Shown here: positions 1-8,479 of the stretch, in pieces
Position numbering within the stretch: the stretch's first letter is position 1
Layout: each line of letters opens with the position of its first letter
Origin: Candidatus Thorarchaeota archaeon
Lineage (GTDB): Archaea; Asgardarchaeota; Thorarchaeia; Thorarchaeales; Thorarchaeaceae
DNA: 43,223 nt
Assembly (NCBI GenBank): GCA_048882045.1
Contig: JBHLRZ010000028.1
Coordinates: 1-43,223 of the forward strand
Reading direction: 5' to 3'
Notes under the pieces: generated by a model
Told to the model about the DNA's origin: nothing
Database searches by the model: none
The model's input: only the letters and a program-made list of their open reading frames with translations
Translations under genes and position numbers: made by a program

Positions 1-362
1 TATGCAGCCTCTTCAGCAAGTAGGTTCTCTGCGATCTGGTCATAGACCTCTGGTGGCATCACACCGACCAGTTTGTCCATCTTTCTGCCAGAACCATCAT
101 CGAAGACAACTCTCTTGCCCTCTGAGTATACTAGGACACTCGGAACGCCAGTAATCTGGTTCTCCATGCTGAACTCACGATTGTGGTCAACATCAATCTT
201 CACAACTTTCAAGCCTCTTGGTGCATACTTGTCGTGGAGCTCTTCTAAGATTGGACCTAGTGTTCTACAGGGACCACACCAAACTGCGTGGCAATCAACG
301 AAGACTACCTTATTGGTTTCAATTACCTTTGTCAATTCGTCTGAGCTAATGTCGTCTACCAT
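1..362 (-). CDS. trxA: Thioredoxin (120 aa; stop codon cut by the window edge)
   Basis: Manual minus-strand translation from ATG at 362: MVDDISSDELTKVIETNKVVFVDCHAVWCGPCRTLGPILEEL...KIDVD...ITGVPSV...LVGVMP...EEAA then TA at the edge. WCGPC active site and cis-Pro motif VP are present; GGGAGAG SD lies upstream. Absent from the ORF track because the stop is truncated. Confidence 0.95.
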   Translation of the reverse strand, partial: MVDDISSDELTKVIETNKVVFVDCHAVWCGPCRTLGPILEELHDKYAPRGLKVVKIDVDHNREFSMENQITGVPSVLVYSEGKRVVFDDGSGRKMDKLVGVMPPEVYDQIAENLLAEEAA

Positions 363-388
363 AATGCTACTCTCCCGTTTCATCGGGT

Positions 389-430
389 CGGTTGTGCATT
401 CTCGTTGCACAATCGTTATAAGGATTGTGC
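389..430. promoter_or_regulatory. Divergent-promoter region: TTATAA TATA-like box inside overlapping inverted repeats (putative operator)
   Basis: GCACAATC-gTTATAAg-GATTGTGC (407-430) has perfect 8-bp arms. cggTTGTGCA-ttctcgt-TGCACAAtcg (389-415) overlaps it. TTATAA (416-421) is about 55 nt upstream of the trx ATG. Confidence 0.55.
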
Positions 431-505
431 TATGAGCCTACAAATTTTTCAGTACTTGTCAGTGCCAAAGTTTGATAAGCGGCAGTCATTGGACTTCCTG
501 AGCTC

Positions 506-3151
506 TTGGTGAACAACATGCCCGTCCTTCATTGTCCAACATGTGGATCTCGTTTGGACATCAGAAAAGGGGGTGGCATATGGACTGTGACTTGCAGCAC
601 GTGTGCCAACGAGGTCACAGTTGGGGGTCCAAAAACCGACTTGTTTGATGCGTACGAAGCATATGTTTCACAGACAAAGGATGGGACTGCTCCTAAAATC
701 GACCATCGCAAGAAGAAATACTTGGGTTCAGGGGCTGACGCTCCTAGGCGCAAGCGACGACTGGCAGATACATCCCGTGTCCAGTCTGAAAAGGAGATCG
801 AACGTCTTGTGCAAGCTGGAGGTTCAGAACTCGAGAGTCTATCTGATCCTTTACAGAGACTCCTTCTACGAGGTAGAGACTATCTCGTTCAGTATAAGCT
901 CATGCCATCAACCGATGCTGTATATGGAAGTGATATCGATGATCTCAACATTCCTGCCCGGCTCAAGGACTATCTTCGAAACCGTGGGATCTCCAAACTC
1001 TACGAGTTTCAGGAGGAGTCCTATTCTGCCATTGAGAGTGGCGAGAATGTTGTGATTGCTGCACCGACTGGACAGGGTAAGACAGAGGGATTCATACTAC
1101 CCATTATCAGGCAAATCCTCTTGTCAGTACAAGACTCCTTTGAAAATCCTGGAGTCAGAGCACTCTTGATCTATCCTACGAAAGCGCTAGCTCGAGACCA
1201 ATATGACAAAATCAGACAGATGTGCAAGACTTCGAACCTCACTGTCGGGCTATTTGACGGAGATGTATCTCAGAATGCAAGACAGAAAATCTACGAGCGC
1301 TCTCCAGACATTCTTCTAACAAATCCAGACATTCTACACTATCATCTCGGTTGGAGCCAGTCCAGGTTAGTTCGTTTGCTCAAGACTGTCAGGTTTGTCG
1401 TCTTGGATGAGATACATCTCTACATAGGCTCAATGGGTGCCAATGTGCATCACATTCTAAAGAGACTGGAACTCGAGTGTGGGGAGTTCCAGAAGATTGG
1501 AGCTTCTGCAACAATCTCTAATCCAAAACAGTTTGCAGAGATTCTTTTCGACTGTGACGTGCGCCTGATTGAGTCAAAGACCGCCAAGAGAGGTCCAGTA
1601 CATTTCATGATCTATTACCCAGGTGCGCGTAGTAAGTATAGCATGATAGTTGATCTTGTGAGCCAGCTTCAGAGAGGGAGTTTCAAGACTCTCGTATTCG
1701 GAAATACACATACAGAGGCTGAGGTCCTGAACCTACTCATTTCTGACACTGGAGTCAAGTCTATGGTTCACAGAGCTGGTCTATCCAAGAAATATAGATC
1801 AGAAGTAGAGGATAAGTTCCGATCTGGAACACTACCAGTCATAGTTTCTACTCCAACGCTTGAGCTGGGAATAGACATCGGTGATTTGAACAGTGTTGTA
1901 AGTATGATTGTGTCCATCACTCGATTGACTCAACGAATAGGTCGTGCTGGTAGGCAGGGACAGGAAAGTGTTGCGATTCTAGCTTTGAGAGAAAATGATC
2001 CAATCTCGTCCTTTTACAGACACCAGCCTGACAAGTACTTCACTGATATTGATGCTGCATACACTGAACCTGAAAATGAGGTTGTAGGGTACTACCAATT
2101 GATTGCAGCAGCCATGAGTGGGAAACTGAACATAAACGATTTCTCCCGTTATCTAGATATACTGAGGAAGCTCGAGAGTGAAGGACTGATTGCGATTCAA
2201 CCAGATGGTATGGTACAGGTTGTTGATTTCGAATCAGCTCAAAAAGCATGGCGAGGATACAGTATTCGTGGAATCGGTGACACGGTTCAAATCAAGTCTG
2301 GAAAGAAAGGTCTCGGGGAACGGTCAATGCCTATGGCTGCTCAAGAACTTCATCCAGGTGCTATCTATCTGCACGGAGGAAAGAATTACCTCTCTGTCGA
2401 TTTTAAGTACACTCCAGGTCTTGGTCGTGCTACGGTCACTCCTCATACCGACAAGAGTACTCACACCAAACCGCTCTACTCAACTATGCCTCGGATTATT
2501 AATATCATTGAGCGGAGCAAGATTCTAGGTCTCAACGCAGTGTACTGCACTTTAGAGATGACTCAGACTGTTGAGGGTTATGTGAAGAAAGCAACCCGAA
2601 CTGGCAAGACTTTAGGAAAGTATTCTCTTGCTTCTCCATTGGTGTATAAGTACAACACTCGTGGATTTGCATTCACAGCACCTGCGCCAACAAAAGCAGT
2701 AAGTGACTATCTTTCAGGAAACCTTGGAACGTTCAAAGGTGGTAAGATGGGGCCTGCGATGATGTTTGGTGGCGCTTTCCATGCTCTTGAACATGTAGTG
2801 ATTGAATCTAGTGACATGCTGACAGGTGGAGGTGCTCGGGAGATAGGAGGTGTGTCCATGGGGGATTCTGGGATCATCTTTGTCTATGATGGAAGTCCAG
2901 GAGGTAATGGTGCATCGAAACTTTTGTTTACAAAACTAGATGAGGCATTCAAGAGGTCTCAGATCATCCTCGAGAAGTGTGATTGTAAAACGATAGATGG
3001 ATGTCCGCTCTGCACATACTCCTATAACTGTGGGAACAATAACAGCCCTCTGTTTAAAATCGGAGCTTTAGAAAGTATCAAAGGTATCCTGGAAAATGTA
3101 GAAACCACTGTAGACACTGATGGTTATGCAGGGTATGAGCCATTGGTGTGA
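506..3151 (+). CDS. SF2 DEAD/DEAH-box helicase, Hrq1/MrfA/SftH type, with C-terminal DUF1998 Zn-binding domain and N-terminal Zn ribbon
   Basis: Q motif LYEFQ; motif I APTGQGKT; Ia YPTKALARDQ; TNPDILH; II DEIH; III SAT; V TPTLELGIDIG; VI QRIGRAGR. C-terminal HALEH...YDGSPGGNG...CDCxxxxGCPLC. N-terminal CPTC...CSTC. Real start may be 509 (GTG) or 518 (ATG). Confidence 0.9.
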   Translation: MVNNMPVLHCPTCGSRLDIRKGGGIWTVTCSTCANEVTVGGPKTDLFDAYEAYVSQTKDGTAPKIDHRKKKYLGSGADAPRRKRRLADTSRVQSEKEIERLVQAGGSELESLSDPLQRLLLRGRDYLVQYKLMPSTDAVYGSDIDDLNIPARLKDYLRNRGISKLYEFQEESYSAIESGENVVIAAPTGQGKTEGFILPIIRQILLSVQDSFENPGVRALLIYPTKALARDQYDKIRQMCKTSNLTVGLFDGDVSQNARQKIYERSPDILLTNPDILHYHLGWSQSRLVRLLKTVRFVVLDEIHLYIGSMGANVHHILKRLELECGEFQKIGASATISNPKQFAEILFDCDVRLIESKTAKRGPVHFMIYYPGARSKYSMIVDLVSQLQRGSFKTLVFGNTHTEAEVLNLLISDTGVKSMVHRAGLSKKYRSEVEDKFRSGTLPVIVSTPTLELGIDIGDLNSVVSMIVSITRLTQRIGRAGRQGQESVAILALRENDPISSFYRHQPDKYFTDIDAAYTEPENEVVGYYQLIAAAMSGKLNINDFSRYLDILRKLESEGLIAIQPDGMVQVVDFESAQKAWRGYSIRGIGDTVQIKSGKKGLGERSMPMAAQELHPGAIYLHGGKNYLSVDFKYTPGLGRATVTPHTDKSTHTKPLYSTMPRIINIIERSKILGLNAVYCTLEMTQTVEGYVKKATRTGKTLGKYSLASPLVYKYNTRGFAFTAPAPTKAVSDYLSGNLGTFKGGKMGPAMMFGGAFHALEHVVIESSDMLTGGGAREIGGVSMGDSGIIFVYDGSPGGNGASKLLFTKLDEAFKRSQIILEKCDCKTIDGCPLCTYSYNCGNNNSPLFKIGALESIKGILENVETTVDTDGYAGYEPLV

Positions 3152-3156
3152 GGTGA
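3150..3156 (+). promoter_or_regulatory. Shine-Dalgarno site GAGGTGA overlapping the helicase stop
   Basis: GAGGTGA lies 6 nt before the TTG at 3163. The identical motif at 5087-5093 precedes the RaSEA ATG, supporting a translationally coupled operon. Confidence 0.7.
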
Positions 3157-3162
3157 AAAGGA

Positions 3163-5088
3163 TTGGCTGAGTTTCGAGTTGGTCGTGGTCATGATGGTCC
3201 TGCTCGCGCAGGGGAACTCATACTGGACGATACAACCTACGAAACCCCTCTTCTGACATCATTTGAGACAAAAAGTCCACAATTGATTACATCTTCCACC
3301 TTAGGAAGAGATGAAGTGTCTGAGAAACCTATGCTCGTTTCACTGCCGTTCATCAGTAAAATCGACGAGATAGATCTTGACCTCCTTCGCCCCCAAGATG
3401 TGTATCTTCTGCCATCCCTGGCATCGTTTGGTTCTTTGAGTTCAGAAGCCCCAGAGCTGATTCTTGACTATCAAATCCAAATCGCTACAAGTTTGAGTTC
3501 AAAAATCCCTACCTCGCAGATGATTCTACGGATTCCTTCTGAGATTTCTCCCGATTCGTTCAGTGAGAATTCTAGACGTTTGATGGAGAGCGGAGTTTCA
3601 GGGGCTGCCTTTTTGTTCAACGGACAGCTTGGCCCTGAGGACGCCGGAACATTCCAACTTCGAAGTCGCCTCCCCCTATCTATGATGACTATAGCTTTGG
3701 GAAGAATTTCTCCTGGGATGATTTCACTTCTGCATTATTTTGGATTTGATGTCATCGACATAAATCATGGACATGAAGCTGCAACGCAGAACGTCCGTCT
3801 CTGGAAGACCGGTCCTGAGAAGCTTGAAACTGGAAAGGTACCAAGATACTGCTCATGTCAATCATGCGCGAATATCGATGACACTGAGAACTTGTTTGAA
3901 ACACTTCTAAGTCATAATCTAGAAACTTACAAAGTTGTCATCTCAGAGTCAGTTCATGCCATGCGTATGGGTCAACTCAGATGGTTAGTTGAGGGATCTA
4001 CTCATAACAACACTGCATTGGCTTCCCTCCTCCGCACAATTGACAAGAATCTATACTCATTCGTTGAGGAGTTCACACCGACAATTGGGAGCAACACATT
4101 GCCGCTCATTGGACCAGAGTCCTACGATGCTCCAGCCATTAGACGATTCAGAGAATTGGTTGCATCACGATACACTCCCCCACAAGGTAAGCGGATTGTG
4201 CTGCTGTTGCCCTGTTCAGCAAGAAAACCATATTCTGATTCCAAATCCCACAGGACTATTGCTGAGGTCACTACTGTTGTTCTTGGTAGCATTCAACCAC
4301 GAGTTGCTGAAGCGATTCTCACATCCCCTCTGGGTCTAGTTCCAAGAGAGCTCGAGCGAATCTACCCGGCTGCTCAATACGACATTCCTGTAACAGGTGA
4401 TTGGGACACTCAAGAAGTAACAATCGGAGCAAAAGCACTTTCCACATATCTGAAGAAGTTCGACGGATCAGCTGTAGTTGTTGCTCATGTATCTGGTGGA
4501 TATCTGGACATAGTCCGGGCTGCTGAAGAAGACATTGAACAGAGTATTGTCTACACAACACACGAATCTCGTCCCACTAGCAGAGAGTCCCTCCAAAATC
4601 TGCAAGAGTCTCTTTCAGAGTTGAAGGAGGTCCTAGAAATTCCAAACGAACCCCGGACAGCACTGAGAGAACTCGTTTCAGCCACTGCGGACTTCCAGTT
4701 TGGAAAAGGCGCAGGCTCCCTTCTGGTTCCTGAGGATGCGAAACTCAAAGGGAAACCATACAAATTGGTTCTATGTCACGTCGATGGTGAACAGGTCTGT
4801 TCTTACATCGCTGAGAATGGCAACCTCTCATTGACGCTTGAAGGAGGAAAAAGAATTGCATCACTGAATCGTTACTGGGTCCGTCTTGATGTAAAGACTG
4901 TCAAGGGCGGATCGATATTTGCAGTAGGTATTCAGGAAGCAGATGTAGCCATTAGACCAGGTGATGAGGTCATCGTGGTCAACAACAATGGCGAGGTAAT
5001 TGGTGTTGGTCGGAGTGAGATGTCTGGTCGTGAGATGTGTGAATTAAATCGAGGTCGAGCTGTGACCCTGAGACATAAGGTTGGGTGA
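3163..5088 (+). CDS. arcS: Archaeosine synthase ArcS (TgtA2): degenerate TGT barrel, DUF5591-type catalytic domain and PUA domain
   Basis: TGT-like N-terminus (HDGPARAG...ETP) and Zn motif CSCQSC. Signature LLPCSARKPYSDSKSH, TSPLGLVPRELERIYPAAQYDIPVTGDW, ADFQFG. C-terminal PUA (GIQEADVAIRPGDEVIV...GVGRSEMSG...RGRAV). TTG start after an SD. Confidence 0.92.
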   Translation: MAEFRVGRGHDGPARAGELILDDTTYETPLLTSFETKSPQLITSSTLGRDEVSEKPMLVSLPFISKIDEIDLDLLRPQDVYLLPSLASFGSLSSEAPELILDYQIQIATSLSSKIPTSQMILRIPSEISPDSFSENSRRLMESGVSGAAFLFNGQLGPEDAGTFQLRSRLPLSMMTIALGRISPGMISLLHYFGFDVIDINHGHEAATQNVRLWKTGPEKLETGKVPRYCSCQSCANIDDTENLFETLLSHNLETYKVVISESVHAMRMGQLRWLVEGSTHNNTALASLLRTIDKNLYSFVEEFTPTIGSNTLPLIGPESYDAPAIRRFRELVASRYTPPQGKRIVLLLPCSARKPYSDSKSHRTIAEVTTVVLGSIQPRVAEAILTSPLGLVPRELERIYPAAQYDIPVTGDWDTQEVTIGAKALSTYLKKFDGSAVVVAHVSGGYLDIVRAAEEDIEQSIVYTTHESRPTSRESLQNLQESLSELKEVLEIPNEPRTALRELVSATADFQFGKGAGSLLVPEDAKLKGKPYKLVLCHVDGEQVCSYIAENGNLSLTLEGGKRIASLNRYWVRLDVKTVKGGSIFAVGIQEADVAIRPGDEVIVVNNNGEVIGVGRSEMSGREMCELNRGRAVTLRHKVG

Positions 5089-5097
5089 GGTGATGTC

Positions 5098-6180
5098 ATG
5101 GAGGAGACCATGAATAGAATTCACGAAACCGTGAAGCAGTCTTCACTCCGCGCCAGAGGACAGTCTGTGACAAGCAGACGAAAGCGAGATCCCCTGAAAC
5201 CTTCTGCTAAATGGACTGCTCCAGTCAGGATTGGAAGGGACCAAGGAACTGCGCTTGCTGTGGTCCTATCCACAATAGGGTGCGCCCATGCTCGAAGCGA
5301 TTCTGGAGGATGCACCATGTGTAGTTATCTCCTGGATGGATCTCAGGAGATGCCCACATCTGATCAACTTGTTGAGCAATTCGAAACAGCAATGGTGGAC
5401 CTGAAAGGAAAGCAAGCCCCACTCTCTGTCAAGATCTACACAAGCGGAAGTTTTCTTGATCCGGCTGAGATACGAGAGGATGCTCGTTCAGCAATTCTCG
5501 GGATAATTGGGTCCGACGATCGAATTCGGGAGGTTGTTTTAGAATCCCGTCCTGAATATGTCGAAGACTTAGTCCTTTCTGACATCAGACGAATTCTTGG
5601 GGATCGGAGAATTGAGATAGGTATGGGTCTTGAAACTTCAAGCGATCTTGTACGCACAGTATGCATCAACAAGAGTTTCGACCTCCAAGACTTCAAGAGA
5701 AGTCTTGCAACCGCTAAGCAACACAATATTGGAATACGCGCCTATGTTCTACTGAAACCTCCTCTTATGACCGAACGCGAAGCAATGCTTGATGCAATTG
5801 ATACAATCCGTGTCGCACAGTCATTAGGAGTAACGACAGTTTCACTGAATCCAGTGAATGTCCAGAATGACACACTTGTAGAGAAGCTGTGGAACCGTAG
5901 AAAATTCAGACCTCCTTGGCTGTGGAGTGTTCTCGAAGTCCTTCGCGAAGCTAGCAAAGAATCCGACGGCTGGATGAGAATTGTCTGTGATCCAGTTGCT
6001 GGAGGCAAGATAAGAGGTCCGCATAACTGTGGTAAGTGTGATAATGAAATTATACAAGCAATTCGCGAATATTCCCTCAATCAAGATACGTCAGTATTAA
6101 GTAGACCAACTTGTGGGTGCATTCACCAGTGGGAACATGTTTTGCGCCACGAAGACTTGTCGCAGCTTATCCATAGATGA
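5098..6180 (+). CDS. raSEA: Archaeosine biosynthesis radical SAM protein RaSEA
   Basis: Expanded radical-SAM motif GCAHARSDSGGCTMC; KIYTSGSFLD; ESRPEY; GLET; INKS; AYVLLKPP; NPVNVQ..TLVE; RPPWLWS; RGPHNCGKCD. Directly downstream of arcS. Confidence 0.92.
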   Translation: MEETMNRIHETVKQSSLRARGQSVTSRRKRDPLKPSAKWTAPVRIGRDQGTALAVVLSTIGCAHARSDSGGCTMCSYLLDGSQEMPTSDQLVEQFETAMVDLKGKQAPLSVKIYTSGSFLDPAEIREDARSAILGIIGSDDRIREVVLESRPEYVEDLVLSDIRRILGDRRIEIGMGLETSSDLVRTVCINKSFDLQDFKRSLATAKQHNIGIRAYVLLKPPLMTEREAMLDAIDTIRVAQSLGVTTVSLNPVNVQNDTLVEKLWNRRKFRPPWLWSVLEVLREASKESDGWMRIVCDPVAGGKIRGPHNCGKCDNEIIQAIREYSLNQDTSVLSRPTCGCIHQWEHVLRHEDLSQLIHR

Positions 6181-6193
6181 TTGACATACTGAT

Positions 6194-6209
6194 GAAAAAG
6201 GTCTTAAAG
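6194..6209 (+). promoter_or_regulatory. Putative BRE-TATA promoter for the 6248 gene
   Basis: Purine-rich GAAAAAGG followed by TCTTAAAG about 40 nt upstream of ATG 6248. Confidence 0.4.
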
Positions 6210-6247
6210 CAAATTAGATGCGGTCGTGTGTTCTGGAGTGTGTGACA

Positions 6248-6583
6248 ATGGCCAACTATGTGACGCGAGTATCTGTTTGGTTCAACAGCGAAGGGGCATC
6301 TCCCTCACAGGTTGTGAAAAGACTCACTGAACTTGGATTCAAACCTGTTCGAGGTGCGTATGACTTCATCTATGAACATGAGGATGATGTGGACGAATCT
6401 GAACTCGGTAGCGCAATCCTCGAGATATCCGATGCCCTCCACAAGACTCTATCTGGTTTCAAGGTTCTATACAACTTAGACACTCACTCCGTTGGTGACT
6501 ATGTTCCACTCGAAGACATCGATAAAGAACTTGCAGCAACTCGTAAGGAGCTCGAAGATATAGAAAAGGAAGAAAAAGAATGA
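6248..6583 (+). CDS. Conserved-looking small hypothetical protein (alpha/beta core with acidic C-terminal helix)
   Basis: ORF 6218-6583. ATG 6248 preferred (GGAGTG SD-like upstream). Motif-like WFNSEGASPSQV...LGFKPVRGAYDF; C-terminal coiled-coil-like LEDIDKELAATRKELEDIEKE. Confidence 0.75.
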   Translation: MANYVTRVSVWFNSEGASPSQVVKRLTELGFKPVRGAYDFIYEHEDDVDESELGSAILEISDALHKTLSGFKVLYNLDTHSVGDYVPLEDIDKELAATRKELEDIEKEEKE

Positions 6584-6587
6584 GTTT

Positions 6588-6615
6588 TTGGAATGAGTCC
6601 AATGACTCATCCCAA
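6588..6615. terminator. Stem-loop between convergent genes
   Basis: TTGGAATGAGTC-caat-GACTCATCCCAA: 12-bp stem with one mismatch (G-U on the minus transcript), followed a few nt later on the minus strand by a U-rich tract. Confidence 0.6.
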
Positions 6616-6629
6616 TCGATTCAAATATA

Positions 6630-8414
6630 CTAGATCGAGGTCACTTCAGGCTCGCGGCGTTCGTATTCCCCCTCGCCTTGTACTGTAACCTTGATCTTCT
6701 TCTTGTCACCTGGATTCATCCGTTGCCATGTCCAGACCATATAGTTCCCACCTTCTGCAACAGGAAAGACCTCAGGGGTTTCATCCTCTGGGTCGGTGGA
6801 AATATAGTCGAATCCAGCGGGAATCCAATCCGTGACCTCTATGTTCTCAGCTGTCACTTCTCCATTGTTAGCGACTACGAGTACAACGACATATTCCCCA
6901 GCACCAGCTCCCTTGTTGATTGCTTTCTTTGTTGAGATGGCTCGCTTCTTGTATATCACACCAAGTTTATGCCCATCCTCTGGACTCGCATCTACTGCAG
7001 GCAATCCCGCCGGGTAGGTGTTCGCAGTACAGACAATTGGTGATGGATACTCCTTCTCAGGACGGTTCCGCCAAGCCATTACTGCGTAGTTGATCTTAAG
7101 GCTCTCACCTGGTTCAAGTTCGCCACCTGAGTCCTTCAAATCCTCAACTCTGAATATCATCTTGTGCGGCTTTTCTGGGTCTTGATCCTCTGGGTCAATT
7201 GTGAACTCATATGGACCAGAAAACTCCTTTCCTCTGATCCAGACCGTTACGTGCTCACTCGTGGGTGGCATAATGTCGTCTGGGAGATTGTCCTCAATTG
7301 TGATCTCATTGAGTTTTGCTGTTCCAGTATTCTTCACTTCAATAGTGATTTCAACAGGAGTCTTGTCAAAACTCGCGACAGATGGAGGATCGAACTCTTT
7401 TGTATATTCAATGTCATAAACTGGAAGAACCTGTGCTTTCTTCTCAATCGTTCCAAGTACCCTCTTAGTAACATTCTTGGCGGGTGTGTAGACCAATTCC
7501 TGTGTACACTTAGGGGTCGACTTACTGTTGACTTGAAATGATGAGCTCCATTCCTGATCGGGAGACATTTCGATACCCGGAGTCTCATCAATCATCTTCT
7601 GCTTGGCTCCACCATCCTCTGGAGTTAGATAGACTTCCGCCTTGTCGAGTCTGACAATCAGATCACTTTCATTCGAACATTCGAGTGTGCACTCCCAATT
7701 ATTCGGCTCAGTTTCTGCTGTTTCGATTCCCGTAAGGAACTCTGTCAGGGCGGTTAGGTCTGGGTCTAATACTGACCTCTGCTGTCCTTCTCCTCGATAA
7801 GTGATTACTACTTCCCCTGCACTTTTAGGTTCGACATCCTCTACCAATCCAGTTGCACTGATGACTAACTCCGAGGACTCATGCGGATAGACAACGAAAT
7901 CTTTCCACACTATTTGTTTTGTACCTTCATCATATTCAGCTGTACCTGATTTTGTAGATACTATCTCGATGTTAGTGAGCTCAGGTGGAATTGTCTTGTT
8001 GAGAATGATGCTATCCAACTCACCATCTGTTTCATTCTTGATTGTGAGAGTAATCTTCACAGGATTCTCTTTGCCCACAGCATAAGCCCAATGTGGTTCT
8101 TCTGTTTCTATCGTTCCACATGTATCGAAGACTTCTGTGAAGGTAACTATTGGTGCATCAACTGAGATACTATATTCACTTTCCCATTTTCCACCAGCGT
8201 CAACTTCTCCTGCTGCAAGGGATTCCTCATCTATGTCTGTCTTGTTTCGGCTTTCGTTCAACAGGACCTTGACATTCCAGATTCGGCACCTCTCAGATAC
8301 ATTGTTGACACTCAAGACACCAGTAGCGTTAATACCGCCAAGCTCGCTTAATTCGCCAAGCTTTGCCTTTTCAGATTCTTCGAGGTCAATTACTACCTTT
8401 TTTTTCTTACTCAT
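6630..8414 (-). CDS. Soluble all-beta protein: mu-homology-domain-like N-terminal region plus two DUF11-like Ig domains
   Basis: 594 aa, acidic, no signal peptide or TM helix. DUF11-like motifs VEITIEVKNTGTAKLNEITIEDNLP and YVVVLVVANNGEVTAENIEVTDWIPAGFDY. N-terminal strand pattern resembles the adaptin mu/delta-COP MHD (judged by eye). Confidence 0.55.
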   Translation of the reverse strand: MSKKKKVVIDLEESEKAKLGELSELGGINATGVLSVNNVSERCRIWNVKVLLNESRNKTDIDEESLAAGEVDAGGKWESEYSISVDAPIVTFTEVFDTCGTIETEEPHWAYAVGKENPVKITLTIKNETDGELDSIILNKTIPPELTNIEIVSTKSGTAEYDEGTKQIVWKDFVVYPHESSELVISATGLVEDVEPKSAGEVVITYRGEGQQRSVLDPDLTALTEFLTGIETAETEPNNWECTLECSNESDLIVRLDKAEVYLTPEDGGAKQKMIDETPGIEMSPDQEWSSSFQVNSKSTPKCTQELVYTPAKNVTKRVLGTIEKKAQVLPVYDIEYTKEFDPPSVASFDKTPVEITIEVKNTGTAKLNEITIEDNLPDDIMPPTSEHVTVWIRGKEFSGPYEFTIDPEDQDPEKPHKMIFRVEDLKDSGGELEPGESLKINYAVMAWRNRPEKEYPSPIVCTANTYPAGLPAVDASPEDGHKLGVIYKKRAISTKKAINKGAGAGEYVVVLVVANNGEVTAENIEVTDWIPAGFDYISTDPEDETPEVFPVAEGGNYMVWTWQRMNPGDKKKIKVTVQGEGEYERREPEVTSI

Positions 8415-8479
8415 TCAGTGCACACCCATTGTCTTGCGTTCGGGGATTTTTCTAGCATCTATTGACGTTGCAGTGAATA

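Noticed and set aside
73-435. 120-aa plus-strand ORF in the track
   Set aside because: Antisense shadow of the thioredoxin gene; Ser/Thr-rich with no recognisable motifs.
506-3151. DUF1998 helicase as part of a DISARM/Druantia/Dpd defence system
   Set aside because: No drmA-, drmD- or PLD-type neighbours; the MTase is about 26 kb away; the context is housekeeping.
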